This document shows, in pieces, positions 18,999 to 28,195 of a stretch of DNA of 64,000 bases. The position numbers and the translations under genes are program-made. Origin of the DNA: Candidatus Sulfobium sp. (lineage in GTDB: Bacteria; Nitrospirota; Thermodesulfovibrionia; Thermodesulfovibrionales; UBA6898); the NCBI GenBank assembly GCA_037380845.1, contig JARRRI010000013.1, positions 1 through 64,000 of the forward strand, written 5' to 3'. Numbering within the stretch: position 1 is the first letter of the stretch; each line of letters opens with the position of its first letter. The notes under the pieces are model-generated. The model was given only the letters and a program-made list of their open reading frames with translations, did no database searches and was not told the DNA's origin.

Positions 18999-20714
18999 TT
19001 ATTCAAGCCTGTACTTCTCCTGCGCCAGGGCGAAGAGCCTCTTCCACAGGAGACGGTTTATGCTCACCACTATTATAGCCATGGTGACCGTACTCAGGAG
19101 CAAAAGACCGAAGTTGCCCGAGACCGTGGATTCGCTTATCAGGCTGCCCAGGCCGGCTGTCGTAATCGTCCGCCCCCCGAATGTAACATATTCGGAGATG
19201 ATGCTTGCGTTCCAGGCGCCCCCCGTGGCGGTGATAAGGCCGGTGATCAGGTAGGGGAATATCCCCGGGATTATCAGGACCCTCCACTTCCGCAGTCCGC
19301 TGATGCCGTAAAGGGCCGCCACCTCTCTTAAATCCTGCGGAATTGCCGACGCCCCCGCAATGACATTAAAGAGGATGTACCACTGTGTCCCCAGGAGCAT
19401 GAGAAATATCGACCCCACCGCCAGCCCCCCTCCTATCCTGATCAGGAAAAGAAGGATCACCGGGAAGACCGCGGTGGCGGGTACCGAGGCGACGACCTGA
19501 ACGACCGGCTGAAGTATCTTCGAAGCGCGCGGGTTCAGCCCGATATAGACACCCAGGGGCACTGTCCATATCGAAGCCAGGAGGATCGCTGCCGTTGTCC
19601 TGAGGATCGAGTAAAAGGCCGAAACGGCGACCGTGCCGAAGTCGGCGGCCGTAAGGTGCGAAAAAAGTGCCGCCGCCTTTATCAGGGACCACCCGATCAG
19701 AAAGACGGCCAGGGAAAGGGTAAAGAGATAAAGCACCTTCCGCAGGACCACCGATATCTTCCGGCTGGGCACAGCCTCCATCCCGCCGGAAAGGATCTCG
19801 ATTCTGTGCAGCGCTTTGGTGAACAATTTTTCGAACTCATGCACCAGGTCTGATTTCCTTATGAAGTCAAGGACCGCCGATTCCTTCTCTTCTTCGGCCT
19901 GGACAGTGTCGAACTTGAACTTCTGCGACCAGGCGACAACCGGCCTCCAGACAATGACGTCCAGCACCACGATTATGAAAACCATCGTGCCTATCCCGTA
20001 AAGGAGATGTTTCATGTCGCCCCTTATCGCCGCGGTCTGGATATAACTGCCGAGCCCGGGGAGCCTGAAGTCCCTGTCTTTGAGTACGAACATCTCGCAG
20101 GCCATCAGGAAGAACCACCCGCCGGCCACCGACATCATGCTGTTCCATACCAGGCCTATGGCGCTGAAGGGCAGGTCCAGGTTCAGAAATTTGGTGAAGC
20201 GGCTGTGTTTGTAAATCTTTGTGACCTCCGTCAGTTCTCTCGGAATGGTAGTGATGGAATTATAGTAGCTGAAGGCCATGTTCCAGACCTGCCCGGTAAA
20301 GATCAGGAGTATGGAAGCCAGTTCCAGCCCCAGCCTCCTGTGCGGGAAGATGGCGATCATCGCCAAGACCACCGTGGGAAGAAAGGACAGGACGGGAATC
20401 GACTGCAGGACATCGAGGAGTGGCATCATGATCTTTTCATGCAGCCGGCTCCTGCTGGCGGTATAGCCGTACCAGATCGAAAACAGAAAGGAGAGGACAT
20501 AGGCACAGAATATCCTGGTAAGAGAGTCTGCCGAATAAAGGGGGATATTTGCCGGGTCGAGACTGATTTCGACAGCAGGCTGCAGCCTGTAATGCCAGCC
20601 CGAACCGACATAGAGCAGCAGTGAAAGGACGGCGACCACAAAAAGCAGAACGAGCAGGTCGACCAGCCTTAGCCTGGCTGATATGAAAGGGATGGAAACG
20701 GGTATCTTCAGCAT
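18999..20714 (-). CDS. NitT/TauT-family ABC permease with duplicated transmembrane domain
   Basis: LDVLQSIPVLSF, WNSMMSVAGGWFFL and GGAWNASIISE motifs. Confidence 0.9.
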   Translation of the reverse strand: MLKIPVSIPFISARLRLVDLLVLLFVVAVLSLLLYVGSGWHYRLQPAVEISLDPANIPLYSADSLTRIFCAYVLSFLFSIWYGYTASRSRLHEKIMMPLLDVLQSIPVLSFLPTVVLAMIAIFPHRRLGLELASILLIFTGQVWNMAFSYYNSITTIPRELTEVTKIYKHSRFTKFLNLDLPFSAIGLVWNSMMSVAGGWFFLMACEMFVLKDRDFRLPGLGSYIQTAAIRGDMKHLLYGIGTMVFIIVVLDVIVWRPVVAWSQKFKFDTVQAEEEKESAVLDFIRKSDLVHEFEKLFTKALHRIEILSGGMEAVPSRKISVVLRKVLYLFTLSLAVFLIGWSLIKAAALFSHLTAADFGTVAVSAFYSILRTTAAILLASIWTVPLGVYIGLNPRASKILQPVVQVVASVPATAVFPVILLFLIRIGGGLAVGSIFLMLLGTQWYILFNVIAGASAIPQDLREVAALYGISGLRKWRVLIIPGIFPYLITGLITATGGAWNASIISEYVTFGGRTITTAGLGSLISESTVSGNFGLLLLSTVTMAIIVVSINRLLWKRLFALAQEKYRLE

Positions 20715-20842
20715 AGATTAAGCAAGAATACTAATATTTTCAGTCTTTTCATTATATACTGAATAGGAAGAGCAGGTTAACCCTTGTTGCATATCGAAAG
20801 GGTGCACATGCCTTACAGCATCGAAGAAGGGGGTGTTCCGCC

Positions 20843-22114
20843 GTGAACAAGGCTATTGAAAGGATCCATTCAGACGACAAGAACCTCTGCCGGCTTTGTC
20901 TCAGCGAACTGGGCGAGATATATGCGGACCTGGCGCTTACGGCCGAAGAACTGGACCTCCTGGATATGCCGCGGCGCCTGTTTACCGTCCATTTCCCGGC
21001 CCGCATGGACTCCGGCAACATCAGGATGTTCGTAGGACACAGGATCCAGTATAACGATGCGAGAGGGCCCGGAAAGGGGGGCATCAGGTTTCATCCGGCG
21101 CTGACGATCGACCATGTGAGGGACCTTGCCTTCCTGATGGTGCTCAAATGCGCCGTGGTAAACATACCCTTCGGGGGCTCCAAGGGAGGAGTGGTAGTGA
21201 ACCCCAAGGAGCTTAGCAGGAACGAACTGGAACAGGTGACCAGGGGATACATCCGGGCCATTGCCGACTATATCGGTCCCTACAAGGACATACCCGCGCC
21301 GGACGTATATACCGACGAGCAGATAATGGTCTGGATACTCGACGAATACGAACGCATAAAGGGGATGCATGTCCCTGCCGTCGTGACCGGCAAGCCGATC
21401 GAACTGGCCGGAAGCAGGGTCAGGCGCTACTCCACTTCCCTGGGGGGAATATACATCCTGGAAGAGGCCATGAAGAGGATGAGGATGGACAAATCAGCAG
21501 TGACCGTAGCAATTCAGGGATACGGCAACGTGGGTGAGAACGCCGCACGGATCCTCTATGAGAGCGGGTATAAGGTGACGGCGGTGAGCGATTCCAGAGG
21601 CGGGGTCATGGACCCCAACGGACTTGATGTAGCGGGGCTGTCCGGACACAAACAAAAAACCGGCTCGGTCTTGGGCTTCAAGGGGAGCGGTGACATCACG
21701 AATGACGAACTGCTTGAATGCCACTGCGACGTCCTCATACCCGCCGCCCTCTCCGAACAGCTCCACGAGGGAAATGCCGCACGCGTCAGGGCAAAGATCA
21801 TCCTCGAACTGGCCAACGCCCCCACAACGACAGAGGCCGACGAGATATTCTTCGACAGGCAGGTGATGCTCATACCTGACATACTGGCCAACGCCGGCGG
21901 GGTTGTGGTCAGTTATTTCGAGTGGAGCCAGAACCTGAACAACGATTACTGGGAGGAAAAAAAGGTCCTCCGGAAACTGAACCATATAATGATAACCGCC
22001 TTCAATGACGTCCATTCCCTGTGCCACAGTGAAAGATGCAGGATGAGGAAGGCGGCATACCGGCTGGGGGTCAAAAGGATCCTGCACGCCGAGAGACTGC
22101 GGGGAAACCTCTGA
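20843..22114 (+). CDS. gdhA: Glu/Leu/Phe/Val dehydrogenase (glutamate dehydrogenase)
   Basis: GPGKGGIRFHP, PFGGSKGG, DIPAPD, QGYGNVG and NAGGVVVSYFEW motifs. Confidence 0.88.
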   Translation: MNKAIERIHSDDKNLCRLCLSELGEIYADLALTAEELDLLDMPRRLFTVHFPARMDSGNIRMFVGHRIQYNDARGPGKGGIRFHPALTIDHVRDLAFLMVLKCAVVNIPFGGSKGGVVVNPKELSRNELEQVTRGYIRAIADYIGPYKDIPAPDVYTDEQIMVWILDEYERIKGMHVPAVVTGKPIELAGSRVRRYSTSLGGIYILEEAMKRMRMDKSAVTVAIQGYGNVGENAARILYESGYKVTAVSDSRGGVMDPNGLDVAGLSGHKQKTGSVLGFKGSGDITNDELLECHCDVLIPAALSEQLHEGNAARVRAKIILELANAPTTTEADEIFFDRQVMLIPDILANAGGVVVSYFEWSQNLNNDYWEEKKVLRKLNHIMITAFNDVHSLCHSERCRMRKAAYRLGVKRILHAERLRGNL

Positions 22115-24771
22115 TGGCCGAACGCCGCTACAAGTATCAGCGTGAAGACTTCGGCGAGCTGCCGGTGAACCTGCATCACCTGACGATCCGGCTGAGTTTT
22201 GGGGAAGGGCACGTGGATGCATCCAACTGTCTTGAAATGACAGCCCGGAAGGGCCTCGGGCAGATAGTGCTGGATGCCAACGGCCTGGAGATCGTGAAGG
22301 TCGAGTGGTGTGAGAGCAGCCGTGACGAAAAGGGCCTGCCTCTGACTTACGAGTACCGGCGGGACGACAACAAGCTGATCGTGGATCTCCCGGGCGCCGT
22401 GGACGCCGGGGAGAGGTTTTGCGTGAGGACCTTCACCCGCTGCTTCCCCTCGGACCATATCCTGGAGGGCATATACAAGGATTCCACGCCGCCGGGAGCA
22501 CCCCAGCAGTATGTCTCTCAATGCCAGCAGTGGGGATTTCAGCGAATCATGCCGGTCTTCGATGACTGCAGGGCAAAATGCACTATGACGACGACGATCG
22601 AGGCTGATGCGGGATACACCCATCTGATCAGCAACGGCAATATAAGCAGGGAACTTAACCCGAAGGGCAGGCCGGTTCCGAAGGAAGGCGACCCCGGCAG
22701 GCAGGTCATAACTTTTGAAAACCCCGTTCCCATGGCCCCTTATCTCTTCCTCGTGTGTGCGGGCACATGGGATATGCTCTCCGAACGGGTAACCTATGAA
22801 TCGGGCCGGACGGTAAAGCTTGAATACCTTGTCCCGCCGGGCGACACGGACCACGTACGAGTCCCGATGGAGATACTGAAGGAGTCGGTCCTCTGGATAG
22901 CGAAGACTCAGGACTACGAGTATACGGGCGATACCTACCGGACCATATGCATGAACAAGTCGAACTTCGGAGGGATGGAGAATGTCGGCAATACCACCAT
23001 CGTAACCGACGCGGCGCTCATCACGGAGCACACGCTGGACTTCGGGCTCCTGTACGCCCATGCAGTCATCGTCCACGAATTCGAACACAACCAGTGCGGA
23101 AGCGAAACGACGATGGACACCCCCTTCGACGTATGGCTGAACGAGGCATACACAGTCGATGTGGAAAGGCAGTTCATGGCAGACGTCTTCGAACCTTCAT
23201 TCATCAGGCTTAACCAGATAGACGGTATCCGAAACCCTCTTTTGGGGCCTCTGGCGATAGAGGACGCCGGCCATGCGGGGCGCATCGTCCGGGCGGGATT
23301 CAACGACCCCGATGAGCTGATCGACGGGGTGACCTATGTCAAGGCGGCGGAGGTGATCAGGATGCTCCGGCTGGTCCTCGGCCGGGAGAATTTCCATGCC
23401 GGGAAGACGCTTTATTTCACCCGCTACCGGAACGGGAATGCCGACACCGACCAGTTCTTCGCATGCTTCGAAGAGGTATCCGGTATGTCCCTGGAGACCT
23501 TCAAAAAGGGATGGTTATACAGGATCGGTTATCCAAAAGTGACTGCGTGGAGTGAATACGACGGGTCGGCAGAACAGTTCCGGATAAGGTTCCGGCAGGA
23601 GGTCGGGCAGGGACAGACACCTTTCCACATACCGGTGGAACTTGCTCTGGTGGATGAAACGGGCCGGGACATACCGGGGACCGGACGCGTTTTTCAGTTT
23701 ATGGAGGAAGAGGCGGAACTCGTATTCGAAGATATCGCCGCCCCCCCGGCCTTCGCCTCCATGAACCGCGACTGTTCATTTTACGGGACCTTCCGCCAGG
23801 AAAACGCCGGGCGGGACGAACTGGCGCTTCAGGCCAGGCTCGATCCGAACTCCTGCAACCGGGTGGACGCGGTACGCCAGATCACAGACTACGAACGTAT
23901 AAAGCTTCTTAATAACATCGACGCGGAGGTGGAAGGACGATGGCTGGACCTCTACGGCAAAATAGTGGAAGACCGCACTATCCCCCCCTCCATTAAAGCG
24001 TATTTGCTCCGCATTGAAGAGCAGCCCATGGACAGGGAATATGTTACGTGGTATCAGGAACTCGTCCCGGCGAGGGAAAAGTTGATGCTGGCCGTTAACC
24101 GCCGGTTCCGGGACCGGCTGGTCGAGCAGTTCCTGGAGCTTGACACATACGGGACGGGATCATCGCCGTCGGCGGGGATCGAGGACCGCATGCTGAAGAA
24201 CGTGCTGCTGAAACTGATAGCGGCGGATGATTCGCAGGACAGCCACCGGCTGGTGCTCGATCATTATCGCGCGGCCACGACGGCAACGGACAGGGTGGCG
24301 GCCCTCACTCTCCTGAACAGAAGCTCCGCTCCCGAGAGGCGGGATGTGCTGGAGGAGGCATACAATGCCTGGCACAGGAATATCAGCGGCTACGCCAATT
24401 ACCTGCGGGTGGTGGCAAGCGGCACGCGGGAGGACGTCTTCGACATGATAGAGGCCGAAAAGAGACGTCCGGGGTTCGACATCACCCAGCCGACCTGGTC
24501 CAGGGCCCTTTTTCTCCCCATGGCGATGAACAACAAGATGGTCTGGACCGACCGGGGGATTGACTGGGTCGCCGGTACGGTCGCTGAACTCGCCCCCTTC
24601 AATGCGACTACCGCGGGCCGTCTCCTCAACACCTTTCAGCATGTCCGTAAAATGAAACCCCCACTGAGGGAAAAAGTTACGGCGGCACTGGGACGCATCC
24701 TCCGGAACGTCTCCGAAAAGGAGAGCCCTGCAGTATATGGTCAAGCCAGGGCCTATCTGGAGATGAAATAA
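22114..24771 (+). CDS. pepN: M1 family aminopeptidase N
   Basis: GGMEN, HEFEH...WLNE and Y.K motifs; ATG overlaps the gdh stop (TGATG). Confidence 0.88.
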   Translation: MAERRYKYQREDFGELPVNLHHLTIRLSFGEGHVDASNCLEMTARKGLGQIVLDANGLEIVKVEWCESSRDEKGLPLTYEYRRDDNKLIVDLPGAVDAGERFCVRTFTRCFPSDHILEGIYKDSTPPGAPQQYVSQCQQWGFQRIMPVFDDCRAKCTMTTTIEADAGYTHLISNGNISRELNPKGRPVPKEGDPGRQVITFENPVPMAPYLFLVCAGTWDMLSERVTYESGRTVKLEYLVPPGDTDHVRVPMEILKESVLWIAKTQDYEYTGDTYRTICMNKSNFGGMENVGNTTIVTDAALITEHTLDFGLLYAHAVIVHEFEHNQCGSETTMDTPFDVWLNEAYTVDVERQFMADVFEPSFIRLNQIDGIRNPLLGPLAIEDAGHAGRIVRAGFNDPDELIDGVTYVKAAEVIRMLRLVLGRENFHAGKTLYFTRYRNGNADTDQFFACFEEVSGMSLETFKKGWLYRIGYPKVTAWSEYDGSAEQFRIRFRQEVGQGQTPFHIPVELALVDETGRDIPGTGRVFQFMEEEAELVFEDIAAPPAFASMNRDCSFYGTFRQENAGRDELALQARLDPNSCNRVDAVRQITDYERIKLLNNIDAEVEGRWLDLYGKIVEDRTIPPSIKAYLLRIEEQPMDREYVTWYQELVPAREKLMLAVNRRFRDRLVEQFLELDTYGTGSSPSAGIEDRMLKNVLLKLIAADDSQDSHRLVLDHYRAATTATDRVAALTLLNRSSAPERRDVLEEAYNAWHRNISGYANYLRVVASGTREDVFDMIEAEKRRPGFDITQPTWSRALFLPMAMNNKMVWTDRGIDWVAGTVAELAPFNATTAGRLLNTFQHVRKMKPPLREKVTAALGRILRNVSEKESPAVYGQARAYLEMK

Positions 24772-24981
24772 GTTGTCCTTCTGAAAAACTGCTTGACGCT
24801 TCCTCCCTTAGGTGATAAGTATTAAATATAGTCTGTGAATATGTGGGGATTGCCTGTCATTCCGGCCCTGTCGCGGCATTGTCCGGCATCGGACCGGAAT
24901 CTCTCCGGTGGCGTCACCGGATTCTCGATATTTAGAATGTACCCTGCAGGAGACGATTCCGGGGGAAAGGAGGAGACGAAG

Positions 24982-25275
24982 ATGGAGGTTAAAGACTATT
25001 GCAGCAACGTGGCAACTGAACTGACCGGATGGAAGGCGAAGATGTACGACGTGGCCAGACAGCTGGACAAAAAGTCCACCGGGGAAAAGGAGAAGTTTGC
25101 TCCCCAGATCAACGAGATCCACATGATTATCGAGGAGTTGACGGAAAGGATAGAAAAGCTTCAGAAGGAATGTCCCACTGAGTGGAAGCCCGACGAAACG
25201 GAAATAAATGCAAACATGGCCAGGCTCAAGGACAAGATGAAGGATGTGTGGGACCCTCTGCACATCGGTGTGTAA
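24982..25275 (+). CDS. Small helical hypothetical protein
   Basis: SD AAAGGAGG; MEVKDYC...ELTGWKAKMYD...ECPTEW. Confidence 0.75.
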   Translation: MEVKDYCSNVATELTGWKAKMYDVARQLDKKSTGEKEKFAPQINEIHMIIEELTERIEKLQKECPTEWKPDETEINANMARLKDKMKDVWDPLHIGV

Positions 25276-25412
25276 CGAAATGTCCGGGGGTATTGCCGAA
25301 TGGAAGTACCCCCGGCAGGCCGGTCGGGGCCGCGGCATCGCGGCGCGGGGCGTGAAGTTGGTTGTATGTAGCTTCGGTTGATTTAGAAGACGGGATACTG
25401 ATATAAATTGTA

Positions 25413-25961
25413 ATGAACCATAACGCCGGTGTGAGCTTCACCCCATACTTTTTCAGGGCATATACCCTTCTGGCCGTCTTTTTTCTTGCCTCCTGCTCGC
25501 TGATCGACGGCCCGAAGATCGACACAAAAAGGTTCAGGGCCGTCGACAGGGCCGCCCGCTCGGTCGGCGCCGCGATTTCAACGGGGACGGATTACGGGCG
25601 CTTCAACGAGCTCATTGAGGAATTTGCCGAAGAGATATCCCGCATACAGATTTCGGCGGGGTCTGCCGGGGATGCCGAGCTTCTGAAACATTACCAGAAC
25701 CTGCTGGGAATTTATCGCGACGGTCTCGTGGTGTGGAGGTATAAACTGGAGGCCCCGAGATACGATTTTATTCCCCCCGGCAGGATTTACGTGGGACAGG
25801 ACGTGGAGCCGATCGTGGAAAAGTACCGCTTTTCTGTTGAGACCCATGTATACCTGCCTACGGACAAAACCTGGAAGAGCATGTCGGAAGAATCGCTCCG
25901 GGTGATCTGGATGAATGCACGATCACAGATGGAAGTTATAAACCGTATCATGCGCCGCTAA
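25413..25961 (+). CDS. Putative lipoprotein
   Basis: Lipobox FLASC after a hydrophobic stretch. Confidence 0.65.
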   Translation: MNHNAGVSFTPYFFRAYTLLAVFFLASCSLIDGPKIDTKRFRAVDRAARSVGAAISTGTDYGRFNELIEEFAEEISRIQISAGSAGDAELLKHYQNLLGIYRDGLVVWRYKLEAPRYDFIPPGRIYVGQDVEPIVEKYRFSVETHVYLPTDKTWKSMSEESLRVIWMNARSQMEVINRIMRR

Positions 25962-25993
25962 CAACCGGCGTAATCCTGCCGCATCGGTCCGGC

Positions 25994-27871
25994 TCACGAC
26001 TGTTTCCTGAATTCCTCAAGGAGCTTGTTGAAATCTTCTTCGCCCATCTCTTTCGTCAGCTCGGTGATGAACCCGTTTACGACATTTACATCGGGCGATC
26101 CCAGCTTTTCAAAGATGTCGAGGGCAATGAGGTAGTCTATGAACGCGTCGCCGATCTGATGACAGCTCTTTGACACGCCGGCAATGTCGCCTATCTTTTC
26201 GGCGATGTCCAGAGCCTTACGGTAATATTCAAGTGCGAGGTCGTTGTCGCCCCCGTTCTGGTGGACGATGCCCATCTGGTGGTAGTTTTTCGATACGCCG
26301 GCAATGTCGCCTATCTTTTCGGCGATGTCCAGGGCCTTGCGGTAATATCCCAGCGCCCGGTCGTTATCGCCCCGGTTCTGGTGGATGATCCCTATCTGGT
26401 GATAACTCGTGGATATCTCCGCGATGTCGCCTATCTTTTCGGCTATGCCCAGGGCCTTGCGTGAAAAATCGAGTGCCCTGCCGTGATCACCCCGGTTACG
26501 GTGAATAATCCCGATCTGGTTATAACTCTTGGCCGCGCCTGCCAGGTCGCCAATGGTCCTGGCAATCTCGAGGGCCTTGTGGGAAAATTCCAGCGCCCTG
26601 TCATAGTCGCCCTTCAGTTGATGGATGAGCCCGATCTGGCCGTAAACCCTGAGAATTCCGTAGAAGTCCTCCGTTTGTTCCTTGATCTCGAGGGCCTTGT
26701 GTGAAAGCTCAAGGGCCTCGTCGTAGTCCCCTTTCTTTTGATGTACGATCCCGATATTCTGGTAGCTGACGGAGATCATGACTATGTCCCCGATCTTTTC
26801 CGCTATCTCGCGGCATTGCTGGAAGAAGTCGAGGGCCCAGTCATAATCGCCCCTGCTCTGATGGACGATGCCGATCTGGTTATAGCTCCTTGAAACACCG
26901 GCCAGATCCCCTATCTTCTTACCGATCTCCAGCGCCTTCTGGTGAAAATCGAACGCGGTATCATAGTCGCCCCTTTTCTGGTGGACGATCCCTATCTGAT
27001 GATAGTTCCTCGACACCTCCGCCACGTCCCCGATCTTTTCGGCGATATCGAGCGCCTTATGGAGGAATTCGAAGGCCCCGTCGTAATCACCCCTCCTCTG
27101 ATGGACCACTCCTATCTGGTGATAACTCTTCGATATTTCGGCGACATCCGTGATCTTTTCAGCGATCCCCAGCGCCTTGTGGGAAAACTCCAGCGCCCGG
27201 TCATAGTCGCCCCTGTCCTGATGAACTATGCCCAGCTGATTATAGCTCTTGGAGACCCCGGCGACGTCCCCGATCTTTTCAGCAGTTTCGAGTGCCTTGT
27301 GGGAGAACTCCAGTGCCTTGTCATAATCGCCCTTCAGTTTGTGGAGCAGGCCGATCTGACCGTAGACCCTCAGAATTCCGTAGGAGTCACCGCTGTTTTC
27401 TTTTATATCGAGCGCCCTGTGAGAAAGCTGGAGGGCCTTGTCGTAATCTCCCCGTTTCTGATGGACAATGCCGATATTCTGGTATCCTACGGAAATGAGG
27501 TCGTCATCGCCGATTTCTTCCGCAATCCCGAGAGACCTCTGGTAGAAATCCTGCGCCGCATCATAATCTCCCCTGTTTTGATGTATGATCCCCAGCTGGT
27601 TGTAGCTTCTGGCGACCCCGGAGCGGTTGCCGGACTTCTCGTTTATCTCCAGTGCCTTGCGGTGAAAGTCCAGCGCCCTTTCGTATTCGCTCTTTTTTCG
27701 GTAGACGATCCCTATCTGATGACAGTTGCACGCTATCCCCGCGGTGTCGCCCGATTCCTCCGCCATGCGAAGAGCCTTCTGAAAAAATTCGATGGCGCCA
27801 TCGTAGTCCCCTTTCTTTTCGGCCATCCGGAGAGCCTTCTCAAGGGATTCTATTTCGCCGTTGTGTGTCAT
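25994..27871 (-). CDS. Tetratricopeptide repeat protein with about 14 repeats of 40 aa
   Basis: Repeating SYxQIGIVHQxRGDYDxALEFxxKALxIAEKIGD with a 120-bp DNA period. Confidence 0.92.
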   Translation of the reverse strand: MTHNGEIESLEKALRMAEKKGDYDGAIEFFQKALRMAEESGDTAGIACNCHQIGIVYRKKSEYERALDFHRKALEINEKSGNRSGVARSYNQLGIIHQNRGDYDAAQDFYQRSLGIAEEIGDDDLISVGYQNIGIVHQKRGDYDKALQLSHRALDIKENSGDSYGILRVYGQIGLLHKLKGDYDKALEFSHKALETAEKIGDVAGVSKSYNQLGIVHQDRGDYDRALEFSHKALGIAEKITDVAEISKSYHQIGVVHQRRGDYDGAFEFLHKALDIAEKIGDVAEVSRNYHQIGIVHQKRGDYDTAFDFHQKALEIGKKIGDLAGVSRSYNQIGIVHQSRGDYDWALDFFQQCREIAEKIGDIVMISVSYQNIGIVHQKKGDYDEALELSHKALEIKEQTEDFYGILRVYGQIGLIHQLKGDYDRALEFSHKALEIARTIGDLAGAAKSYNQIGIIHRNRGDHGRALDFSRKALGIAEKIGDIAEISTSYHQIGIIHQNRGDNDRALGYYRKALDIAEKIGDIAGVSKNYHQMGIVHQNGGDNDLALEYYRKALDIAEKIGDIAGVSKSCHQIGDAFIDYLIALDIFEKLGSPDVNVVNGFITELTKEMGEEDFNKLLEEFRKQS

Positions 27872-27981
27872 AGGGGCAATTACCCCGAAGTGGTTATCAT
27901 CCGGCCTCGGGCGGAACCTAATCTATATTACACCATACCTGCAGACGCTGTATACGGATCAGAAAGGCGCTCCGGAGAGCC

Positions 27982-28100
27982 GCGAATAGTGAAGGCCGTG
28001 AATCGTCAATCGTGAATAGTAAGGAAATCCCCGGGTATCCGGGCCCCCCTCTCATCGTCGCATATCGCCTTTGCCTCTCGCCTCCGGCGTTTCGCTTCCT
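27982..28100. repeat. Degenerate heptamer tandem repeats
   Basis: GTGAATC GTCAATC GTGAATA, then TCGCATA TCGCCTT TCGCCTC TCGCTTC. Confidence 0.5.
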
Positions 28101-28195
28101 GCATTACTTAAGGTCTGTTTATAAAGTGGATTCCCCGATCAAGTCGGAAAATGACGGCCTATGAAGACCAAGCTTTAAGAACAGACTCTGTTGGG

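Noticed and set aside
25994..27871. 120-bp periodic DNA as a CRISPR array or DGR template/variable pair
   Set aside because: Fully explained by TPR coding repeats; no reverse transcriptase in the window and no adenine-specific variation noticed
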